Below are positions 48,673 to 55,859 of a stretch of DNA of 64,000 nucleotides, in pieces (the first letter of the stretch is position 1; every line of letters begins with the position of its first letter). The translations under genes and the position numbers were made by a program. The DNA comes from a virus: the IMG/VR virus record IMGVR_UViG_3300020419_000004; one strand, given 5' to 3'. Under the pieces are notes generated by a model that was not told the origin of the DNA, searched no databases, and saw only the letters and a list, made by a program, of their open reading frames with translations.

Positions 48673-48879
48673 TCATTTCTTTACCTCGTATGGTTCGTAA
48701 TCAAATGGGGATGGTTCGCAGTATTTCTCACAGAGTGAGTCATATGCTTCTTGAGTTGAATCGTCGATCCAACCCATATCGTTAAAAAACGAGATCATGT
48801 CGCCGAGTACGGTTTCTTCGTCTTCGGTCATTGTGATGGTTCTTAGAAAACCAGAGTTTGCGAATGAATTATCTCTCAT
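48673..48879 (-). CDS. Hypothetical protein
   Basis: In-frame ATG just after a minus-strand TATAAT at 48886-48891. Confidence 0.55.
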   Translation of the reverse strand: MRDNSFANSGFLRTITMTEDEETVLGDMISFFNDMGWIDDSTQEAYDSLCEKYCEPSPFDYEPYEVKK

Positions 48880-48886
48880 GATTCTA

Positions 48887-49129
48887 TTATACTCCCTCTG
48901 GATGACATAAAGAAACAATGACATCATCTGTAACAATGTTGACTTGATCAACGTGTTTGAAGTACTGATTGATGTGCTTGCTAGTTGTACGACTGTAATA
49001 GGTCTCAGTTTTGAAGTGACCTAGTTTAGGTGAAAAACCTGCAACAGGTGTTTCATATGAAAAGAATAGCGTATTGCCATTGTTCAAACTGATTTCGGTT
49101 TGGTTGCTACCGACTTGTCTTAAGATCAT
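48887..49129 (-). CDS. Hypothetical protein
   Basis: LFFSYETPVA; YSRTTSKHINQY. Confidence 0.7.
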   Translation of the reverse strand: MILRQVGSNQTEISLNNGNTLFFSYETPVAGFSPKLGHFKTETYYSRTTSKHINQYFKHVDQVNIVTDDVIVSLCHPEGV

Positions 49130-49157
49130 TTTAGTCTTATTGGTTTGGTACTCTTCT

Positions 49158-49252
49158 ATTATAGACTCACGGATCACTGAATCAGGGAAAAAGTGGACGG
49201 AAATATTACTGGCACACTGAGTCGGGTTTGGATGGATATCACCCCTTATAAT
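49158..49252. promoter_or_regulatory. Divergent early promoter pair sharing one 23-bp motif
   Basis: ATTATA(49158) - 29 nt - GTGGACGGA-N6-ACTGGCAC(49193-49215) - 31 nt - TATAAT(49247). Confidence 0.75.
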
Positions 49253-49273
49253 GGAATCAGTTCAACAAAGACT

Positions 49274-49588
49274 ATGCAAACCCACTCAATCACCCTAGGA
49301 ATGAATATTGGATCCGAGGGAAGAGTAACGAATCAGATGTGGTTGCAATTCCTAACCGATGAGATTTGCTCCATGCTCGACTATGCCACAATCACCGATG
49401 CAATCGGAATTTATAAAGGCACCGTTGAGAATTCAAAAATCATTTCAGTGACTGTTGACGAACGTACAACACGCGGTAACTCAATCATTGAATCATTACA
49501 AGAGGTCGGACAGACCTACAAAAAACAGTTCAGGCAAGAAGCAATCTTGTATACATGCACGGAGGTCCCCACGCTCACCTTCGCGTAA
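49274..49588 (+). CDS. DUF3574-like protein
   Basis: G.NI...G.VT...W..FL; T..DA.G.YKG..E.SKII; YKKQFRQEAI. Confidence 0.65.
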   Translation: MQTHSITLGMNIGSEGRVTNQMWLQFLTDEICSMLDYATITDAIGIYKGTVENSKIISVTVDERTTRGNSIIESLQEVGQTYKKQFRQEAILYTCTEVPTLTFA

Positions 49589-49662
49589 TTATGCCGAACC
49601 CTTACGGGTGATCCTACTCACCTTTGCCCTATTATTTGAATCCTAAGCAGCTTGAATCCTTA

Positions 49663-49723
49663 TGTTACAGATTGTTTCAATTCTCTATCTTTCACTACTC
49701 ATCATACACTTACCGAGTATAAT
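49663..49723 (+). promoter_or_regulatory. Early promoter with 17-bp motif
   Basis: TGTTA-N7-TTTCA, 38 nt, TATAAT. Confidence 0.7.
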
Positions 49724-49729
49724 AGTAGT

Positions 49730-49891
49730 ATGAACAAACTTCAAACACATTTCAACGGTGCAGTACTCATGAACGAGACAGCAACCAAAGACAAAGCAGT
49801 AATGGCAGCATTAACAGCAATGTCGAAACGCAACTTTGAACCACAGGAAATCAATCGCTATGGCATATGGTACATAAGCGATAGGCACTAA
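49730..49891 (+). CDS. 53-aa hypothetical protein
   Basis: MNKLQTHFNGAVLMNE...DKAVMAAL. Confidence 0.6.
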   Translation: MNKLQTHFNGAVLMNETATKDKAVMAALTAMSKRNFEPQEINRYGIWYISDRH

Positions 49892-50118
49892 GTGCCTTGG
49901 GCATTGATTGGGCATGGTGAGAGTCCATGCATAAAGGAGATCAATCTATGTAAGTCCCATTCCACTAGGCAGTAAGAACCTTAAATGACCGTGTATTGAA
50001 CATGGTGGTTGTAACGTAAGTCCTATCCCACAGTCAGGCAAGCGTGACCTCATTCCTCTAAGTCTAAAGACTCGCGAGACGGAGGTGGTACAGGTCTTTA
50101 ATTTGAAGCTCTGACTCT

Positions 50119-50213
50119 ATTCTAGCACGAAGGATGTTGGTTCGGCCACAGGCGAGTGCCAGTTTACAAAGTGTCCACTGAGTCATGACTCGGTGGGCAT
50201 TTTCTTTTATAAT
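50119..50213. promoter_or_regulatory. Divergent early promoter pair sharing one 23-bp motif
   Basis: ATTCTA(50119) - 31 nt - GTGCCAGT-N6-AGTGTCCAC(50156-50178) - 29 nt - TATAAT(50208). Confidence 0.75.
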
Positions 50214-50240
50214 AGAATCAAACAAACAAAGGTTTACTAA

Positions 50241-50495
50241 ATGCTAAATCAAACTTCACTCAACCTCACCGATCTCCCAAAGAAGGACTATAACGGTTGG
50301 TCAGACTGGACTACATGGAATTGTGCCTTATGGGTTGGAGGTGACGAAGGACTCTATAACCTCGCTAAGGACTGCGAGTCATGGTTCGACTTCATCATAT
50401 GCATGCAAGATATGGGCATGAACCAGACTCCAGATGGTGCAAAGTGGACAGAAGCAGACTATGACGAGATGATGGAGATGATGGATGAATTGTAA
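50241..50495 (+). CDS. Conserved phage hypothetical protein
   Basis: YNGWSDWTTWNCALW...DEGLY; TPDG. Confidence 0.7.
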   Translation: MLNQTSLNLTDLPKKDYNGWSDWTTWNCALWVGGDEGLYNLAKDCESWFDFIICMQDMGMNQTPDGAKWTEADYDEMMEMMDEL

Positions 50496-50552
50496 ATCTT
50501 TGTTACAACACCTCGTCATTACTATAGACGAGGTATTCATCAATGCTATAAT
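50491..50552 (+). promoter_or_regulatory. Early promoter with 17-bp motif
   Basis: TGTAA-N7-TTACA, 39 nt, TATAAT; hairpin ACCTCGTC/GACGAGGT over the -35. Confidence 0.7.
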
Positions 50553-50580
50553 TAGAACATACACATCATCACTTGAACAA

Positions 50581-50769
50581 ATGAACAAAACTACTTGGGC
50601 AGTTCAACCTACATCATGGGGAAACGATTTAAGATCATGGGCAGATCATTGTGCTACATGGGAACAAGTCGAAGACATGGCATTAGACATGGCAGAGGAA
50701 ATGATGGAGGAAATGACAATTTTCAAAGTCGGATCAGTAAGCGAGTTTAAATGGGCGACTAGGGGTTAA
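50581..50769 (+). CDS. Hypothetical protein
   Basis: In-frame ATG after the promoter; Trp-rich. Confidence 0.6.
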   Translation: MNKTTWAVQPTSWGNDLRSWADHCATWEQVEDMALDMAEEMMEEMTIFKVGSVSEFKWATRG

Positions 50770-50823
50770 CGCACCCCGTCGAACTATTAGACGACTAATT
50801 ATTCACCTTTTCTATTACAATCA

Positions 50824-50946
50824 ATGACGCGACTCATCATTTTAACTTTGGCAATCTTTTGCATAGGACAAAACACATTTGCTCGAACGCAATTATCAAA
50901 CGTGTTAGACTTAACAAGTGATGTAATTAGACCTAGTTCATACTAG
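50824..50946 (+). CDS. 40-aa peptide with signal-peptide-like N-terminus (not in ORF track)
   Basis: MTRLIILTLAIFCIGQNTFARTQ. Confidence 0.45.
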   Translation: MTRLIILTLAIFCIGQNTFARTQLSNVLDLTSDVIRPSSY

Positions 50947-50956
50947 GTCTTTTTTT
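50929..50956 (+). terminator. Intrinsic terminator
   Basis: AGACCTAGT-TCAT-ACTAGGTCT then a T-run. Confidence 0.85.
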
Positions 50957-50983
50957 ATACCCCGTCGAATATACAGGGCGGGC

Positions 50984-51196
50984 TATATATCGCTATATGT
51001 GGGTATATAATACACATATATGAGATTAATTTGTTTTGTTATATCAGCTCATATATTATATACTATACACATATACTATTATACTCATATACTATACACA
51101 CATATAATATACTATGACACATATATAACTGTCACATATACTATACTATAGTCAATATACTATACTATAATAATACTATACACATATATCACACGT
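50984..51196. repeat. AT-rich degenerate repeat (CATATACTATA-like units)
   Basis: About 210 nt of non-coding low complexity; includes a 23-bp motif copy (51113-51135) and TATAAT (51166). Confidence 0.8.
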
Positions 51197-51349
51197 ATGA
51201 ATTCACTATCTAATGACACATATGAGTCACTACTCAATGACAAGTTTATTAAAGAACACTTCACAGTAATAACATATGGATCACTAGAAGAGGAACGCGA
51301 AGACTTAGGGTATTGCCCTTGCTGTTGCTCACCACCTGAGGAAGAGTAG
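51197..51349 (+). CDS. 50-aa acidic peptide with Cys cluster (not in ORF track)
   Basis: ...YGSLEEEREDLGYCPCCCSPPEEE. Confidence 0.5.
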   Translation: MNSLSNDTYESLLNDKFIKEHFTVITYGSLEEEREDLGYCPCCCSPPEEE

Positions 51350-51489
51350 CACTCAGGCAGTACCGCCCCCCCGTCGCGGTTTTGCCCCCCGCCCTAGCTT
51401 AACTTTCTATATAAGTCTAACCTACAAAGTCTTGCATGAGCGAGCGTGATATAAAATAAAAAATTTTCCCAAAATTGCCCAGACCCCCA

Positions 51490-51669
51490 ATGAAAACTTT
51501 CGATGTAGAAACCACAGTAACCTATAAGCAGTGGATCAGAGTGGATGCCGATAGTGAGTATGCTGCTCAGAAACGTGTCAATGATATGGCATGGGACGTA
51601 ACCGCAATCCAGTATCAGACGATGGAGAGTGCGAATGCCACAGGAACGGTTAGAGAGTGCCCAAACTAA
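51490..51669 (+). CDS. Hypothetical protein
   Basis: MKTFDVETTVTYKQWIRVDADSEYAA. Confidence 0.6.
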   Translation: MKTFDVETTVTYKQWIRVDADSEYAAQKRVNDMAWDVTAIQYQTMESANATGTVRECPN

Positions 51670-52103
51670 TATACTCGGATGACGTAGCAAACGTTTATCT
51701 AACTGAAGATGTCAAAGCTGCCCTAAGAGATTTTCTTGGCAGATACCCTCTGAATTGCAAAGAGAGCATCCAACTACACTGGAACAAATCTGACACCGCA
51801 CACTACGCTGTAGTAGCAGTGGGTTTCAGAGAACTTGGAGTAGATATTGAGTACATGAGAGATAGAAGGTTCGGAGATATATCTCGAAGATACTTTCATA
51901 AGGATGAAGAGACAGTCAATATCAACATCTTCTATGAACTATGGTGTAAGAAAGAAGCATACACCAAGTGGAAGAAAGGTAAGATATCTCAGTATATGTC
52001 TCAGAAGATAGACAAGGATGTGTCTCAACTTGTACCACAATCGAGGTATTCTCTGATAGAACTAGAGTTACCTGATAATCTCAAAGGATATCTCTGCTAT
52101 TGA
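51657..52103 (+). CDS. 4'-phosphopantetheinyl transferase (Sfp/AcpT-type, compact)
   Basis: NKSDTAHY; LGVDIE; FYELWCKKEAYTK. Confidence 0.85.
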   Translation: MPKLIYSDDVANVYLTEDVKAALRDFLGRYPLNCKESIQLHWNKSDTAHYAVVAVGFRELGVDIEYMRDRRFGDISRRYFHKDEETVNINIFYELWCKKEAYTKWKKGKISQYMSQKIDKDVSQLVPQSRYSLIELELPDNLKGYLCY

Positions 52104-52133
52104 CATTGTGTTCAAACTCAGATATAATAAATA
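52100..52133 (+). promoter_or_regulatory. Composite sigma70 and late promoter
   Basis: TTGACA-17 nt-TATAAT overlapping ATAAATA. Confidence 0.85.
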
Positions 52134-52148
52134 AAACATCTACACTCC

Positions 52149-52331
52149 TTGCCAATGCAATACGTCTTGTACAACGAACATCTAGACCAAGTAGGTACTT
52201 ACAGTAGTATCTACGATTTACGTAAGTTTCTCTGTGATCGAAAGTATGAGATAGACTGTGACAAGGACATAGGGGATACATTTGATTATATCAAACATAT
52301 CAAGTGGACATTCGACATCAAACAAAATTAA
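52149..52331 (+). CDS. Hypothetical protein
   Basis: SIYDLRKFLCDRKY; DTFDYI. Confidence 0.6.
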   Translation: MPMQYVLYNEHLDQVGTYSSIYDLRKFLCDRKYEIDCDKDIGDTFDYIKHIKWTFDIKQN

Positions 52332-52543
52332 TGGCATTATCAAACGAAGAACTTCTCGGTCGGATTGAGGCACTCGAAGCAAAGGTGAGACAATCTCGAC
52401 TAATGATGAAGAGACCTGGTCATGATGAATATGAGAGACTTGTCGATGTTGTATGCGACCATGAAACCAGATTAGCAAGAGAGGAAGAGGAACTTCAGAA
52501 GTGTTCTGAGAGTGTCTCTGAGCTTGAAGATGCGAACTGGTAA
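52331..52543 (+). CDS. Coiled-coil hypothetical protein
   Basis: TAATG coupling; YERLVDVVCDHETRL. Confidence 0.65.
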   Translation: MALSNEELLGRIEALEAKVRQSRLMMKRPGHDEYERLVDVVCDHETRLAREEEELQKCSESVSELEDANW

Positions 52544-52616
52544 AAAATCGCGAATCCTAACCAAAGGGCAAAAATCGCGTCGTGTATCTCTAAATAAACT
52601 CAAGTAAGTAACAACC

Positions 52617-52832
52617 ATGTTAGGACTGGAATCACTCGAAGGAGAGTTCGTTATCAAAAAGGATGGTCAACTCATAAGGCATACGAAAGCCAGAGACCTA
52701 CCTGCTAGTTTCGACCATCTAATAAAGTTTTGCCCTACCCCTCCCGAACCTCCACATAGTGTGAATGATCATACAGAAATGAGTCGGTATACGGAATACT
52801 TGCAGGAATTAATGACAAGAGAAACTAAATGA
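52617..52832 (+). CDS. Conserved late protein preceding PAAR
   Basis: FDHLIKF.P..PEPPH; late promoter CTAAATA at 52590. Confidence 0.7.
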   Translation: MLGLESLEGEFVIKKDGQLIRHTKARDLPASFDHLIKFCPTPPEPPHSVNDHTEMSRYTEYLQELMTRETK

Positions 52833-53026
52833 CAGAATACGATTTCTGGTTCGACGAAGAAATACCAAAGGCACAGTACGGAAGTCTCCAATGTTGGATA
52901 TCAAATGAGAAGACGCAACCATGGTCAACTGCATACGATATGACAATACATAGTATTATGTACGAGATAGCGTCAAAGAACGGATTAATATTAGGAGGGA
53001 GCGAATGCCAGCAGTCACCCGTATAG
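52829..53026 (+). CDS. Hypothetical protein
   Basis: Coupled ORF. Confidence 0.55.
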   Translation: MTEYDFWFDEEIPKAQYGSLQCWISNEKTQPWSTAYDMTIHSIMYEIASKNGLILGGSECQQSPV

Positions 53027-53292
53027 GAGATGCAGACACACCTCATTGTTCTGGAATGTCCAGAGCACAGGGTTCGTCTAATGTGTTTTGCAATGGTATA
53101 GGTATCTCTCGTCAAGGAGATAACAATACTGTTCACCTTAAACCTCCTGCAGCACCTGTATGTCCTCCTCATTCAGCATCAATAGCTACAGGAAGTACAA
53201 CTGTCTTTGTAAATGGCAAAGGATGTGGTAGAGTAGGAGATGCAACATGTACTAGCGTCGCTGCTGGTTCATCAAACGTATTCGCAGGTTAA
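53005..53292 (+). CDS. PAAR spike-tip protein (gp5.4-like)
   Basis: PAVTRIGD...HC; GSSNVFCNG; H..P..C..H; GS.TVFVNG..GRVGD. Confidence 0.9.
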   Translation: MPAVTRIGDADTPHCSGMSRAQGSSNVFCNGIGISRQGDNNTVHLKPPAAPVCPPHSASIATGSTTVFVNGKGCGRVGDATCTSVAAGSSNVFAG

Positions 53293-53294
53293 TT

Positions 53295-53435
53295 ATGGCA
53301 ACAAGATATGCAATGGGTCTTCCCTCTATTGAGCAGCACCCAAAGAAGACAAGACAAGGTAAAGGATCACATACCAAGTATTCTGCTACCTCTAGAAATA
53401 AAGCAAGGAAGAGATACCGTGGCCAAGGCAAATAG
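53295..53435 (+). CDS. 46-aa basic protein (not in ORF track)
   Basis: PKKTRQGKGSHTKYSATSRNKARKRYRGQG. Confidence 0.7.
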   Translation: MATRYAMGLPSIEQHPKKTRQGKGSHTKYSATSRNKARKRYRGQGK

Positions 53436-53580
53436 AATTAAAGACGGTGGAAGGAACGCTAACATTCCTGTGGATATGAGTGATCATTTTTACGATCATG
53501 GTAACGAATATTGTAGATATTTGATCACAGATCCTAGGTCTGATAGGGCAGGTAAAAAAAAGTCACAAAAAGAAGTATAA
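53419..53580 (+). CDS. Hypothetical protein, GTG start
   Basis: IPVDMSDHFYDHG...LITDPRSD. Confidence 0.55.
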   Translation: MAKANRIKDGGRNANIPVDMSDHFYDHGNEYCRYLITDPRSDRAGKKKSQKEV

Positions 53581-53583
53581 ATA
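53576..53583 (+). promoter_or_regulatory. Late promoter
   Basis: TATAAATA 27 nt before gp25. Confidence 0.8.
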
Positions 53584-53610
53584 TACCTGAGGTTAATAAT
53601 AGGCTAACAG

Positions 53611-54000
53611 TTGGCATTAATATCGAAGTCATTTCGTGACTTCTCGTTGACTTTTGAAAAGAACGCAGTGACAAACGATGTATTGGCACTGAACAATGAA
53701 GCAGCCATTAAGGAATCAGTAAAGAATATTGTACTCTACAACTTCTACGAGAAACCTTTTGACCCAGCATTCGGTGGTAATATCATCGGATTGCTTTTTG
53801 AAAATTTTACACCAAACGACGCACAGAAGATTAAGAGACGACTTAAGCAATGCATAGGAACTCATGAACCCAGAGTGGCGGTATATGAGATAAAGGCAAC
53901 TTGGACTGAGGATCGTAATCAATTAGATGTAAGTGTAGCATACGTTATTATGGGTTTACCACCAACTTTTGATTCCATTGACGTAGCATTTAAACCATAA
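53611..54000 (+). CDS. gp25: Baseplate wedge subunit gp25
   Basis: FRDFSL.F; AIKESVKNIV; EKPFDP.FG; EPRV. Confidence 0.92.
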   Translation: MALISKSFRDFSLTFEKNAVTNDVLALNNEAAIKESVKNIVLYNFYEKPFDPAFGGNIIGLLFENFTPNDAQKIKRRLKQCIGTHEPRVAVYEIKATWTEDRNQLDVSVAYVIMGLPPTFDSIDVAFKP

Positions 54001-55853
54001 TGGCATTTAATCAGGTCAACGCCTTAGAATTTAATCAAATCAAGGCACAAATTAAAGATTACCTAAGGGCACAGGAACAATTCTCGGATTATGACTTCGA
54101 GGGATCGTCCATGACTGTCCTTTTAGACGTTTTAGCATACAATACTTACTATACAAGTGTAAATGCTAACCTTGCAGTGAACGAAGGGTTCCTTGAAACT
54201 GCTGTTTTAAGAGAAAACGTTGTAAAACTTGCTAGAATGATTGGATATACTCCAAAATCAGCAAGATCTGCTCAGACAGTAGTCGATATTTCAGTTCAGA
54301 CTGTAGTTCCATACCCAAAAACAGTTACAATCAACAAAGGATTGGTTTTAAACTTCACAGGATTGGATAATAACAACTTTGTATTCTCATTAGGGACTGA
54401 TACTACCCAATCAGTAGACAGTACGAGTGGAATTGCCACCTTTACTGGTGTACAATTGTTTGAGGGAGTGTTTCTTACCGATACTTTTGTAAAAGATATC
54501 AACCAAAGACAGAGATTTATACTAACCAATGCAAATGCAGACACAACTTCTATGAGAGTAGAGGTTACTTCTGGTACTATTACAGAAAGATACCTTCAAG
54601 CAACTGATATTACAAAGATAGATTCAACTTCTAAGGTATTTTTCCTAGAAGAATCTGAGTATGAGATACCCGAAATATTATTTGGTGACGGAAAGGTAGG
54701 AAAGGATCTAGAGAATGGAGATGTAGTAAGCGTACAGTATTCTACATCTAGTGGAACTGGTGCAAATGGACTAAAAGTGTTTGAGAATATTGGTACATTT
54801 AGAGATAACCTTAATAATACAATTACAAGTGGCATCACTATTACTGCTACTACGTTCCCTGATGGGGGTTCTCAAGCAGAAACTACGGAGTCTATTAAAT
54901 TTGCTGCTCCTAAATTCTATTCTGCCTTTGGTAGAGCAGTTTCCACACGAGATTATGAAGCAATTATTCCTCAAATATATCCAAACGTGGGTTCCATAGC
55001 ATGTTATGGTGGTGAGGAAGCAGAACCACCTGAATATGGTAAAGTATTTTTGGCAATCAAACCAAAAAATGCAGATAAATTATCTCTTTCCGAGAAAAAT
55101 GTGGTTCTTAAGAGGTTAAGAGAGTATTCAGTTGCTGCAATTCAGCCTTCTATCATTGATCCGTCCATATTATACATTGATGTGGACAGTTTTGTGTACT
55201 TTAACCCGAATATAACGCGGAGAGAAGCGTCTGGAGTGAAAAATACCGTAATTAATTCATTAACTGTCTTGAATAATAGCGGAGAGTTCAATAAATTTGG
55301 CGGAAAATTCAAATTTTCAAAGCTTCAGAGTATAATTGATAGTTCAGAGACCTCAATTACGTCCAATATCACTCGTCTCAAGATGAGAAAGAACGTAACT
55401 GTCGATCTGGGTGCACGTGTGAACTACAAGATATGCTACGGTAACCGCATTAAGCAAGGAACTAGCACAAAACCTACCGTTATTAGTAGTGGATTTAAGA
55501 TTGTTGGAGATGATTTCAACACTTACTACTTAAATGATGACGGAGCGAGTTCTTTGAGACTCTATTATGTCAAAGGAACTGGTGAATATGAGTATGTTGA
55601 TGGTCTATGGGGTACAGTTGACTACTCCATGGGTGAAATTGTAATCAATGATTTGATTATTTCATCTACAAGTGTAGCAAATAATCAATTACAGATATCT
55701 GGAACTCCTGAATCTAATGATATCATATCTTTACGAGAAACCTACTTGACAGTAGGCATAGATAATACGACTGTAAGTGTTGTAGAAGACACTATCAGTA
55801 GTGGTTCAAATATTTCTGGTACAGGAGTAGTACCAGAGTCCAGCTATAGTTAG
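54000..55853 (+). CDS. gp6: Baseplate wedge subunit gp6
   Basis: FSDYDFEGS; LAYNTYY; E.FL.TA.LRENVV; RAVS..DY; GGEEAEPPEYGKVF. Confidence 0.93.
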   Translation: MAFNQVNALEFNQIKAQIKDYLRAQEQFSDYDFEGSSMTVLLDVLAYNTYYTSVNANLAVNEGFLETAVLRENVVKLARMIGYTPKSARSAQTVVDISVQTVVPYPKTVTINKGLVLNFTGLDNNNFVFSLGTDTTQSVDSTSGIATFTGVQLFEGVFLTDTFVKDINQRQRFILTNANADTTSMRVEVTSGTITERYLQATDITKIDSTSKVFFLEESEYEIPEILFGDGKVGKDLENGDVVSVQYSTSSGTGANGLKVFENIGTFRDNLNNTITSGITITATTFPDGGSQAETTESIKFAAPKFYSAFGRAVSTRDYEAIIPQIYPNVGSIACYGGEEAEPPEYGKVFLAIKPKNADKLSLSEKNVVLKRLREYSVAAIQPSIIDPSILYIDVDSFVYFNPNITRREASGVKNTVINSLTVLNNSGEFNKFGGKFKFSKLQSIIDSSETSITSNITRLKMRKNVTVDLGARVNYKICYGNRIKQGTSTKPTVISSGFKIVGDDFNTYYLNDDGASSLRLYYVKGTGEYEYVDGLWGTVDYSMGEIVINDLIISSTSVANNQLQISGTPESNDIISLRETYLTVGIDNTTVSVVEDTISSGSNISGTGVVPESSYS

Positions 55854-55859
55854 TAACAG

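Noticed and set aside
50491-50507. NtcA box
   Set aside because: Spacing is TGTA-N9-TACA rather than N8; kept as a separate motif
51394-51690. Minus-strand 98-aa ORF near the origin-like locus
   Set aside because: Antisense to a plausible plus-strand gene and GTG/TTG-dependent; no recognisable features
53308-53580. Single 90-aa ORF from the track
   Set aside because: Better read as 53295..53435 (another frame) plus a GTG-start gene at 53419
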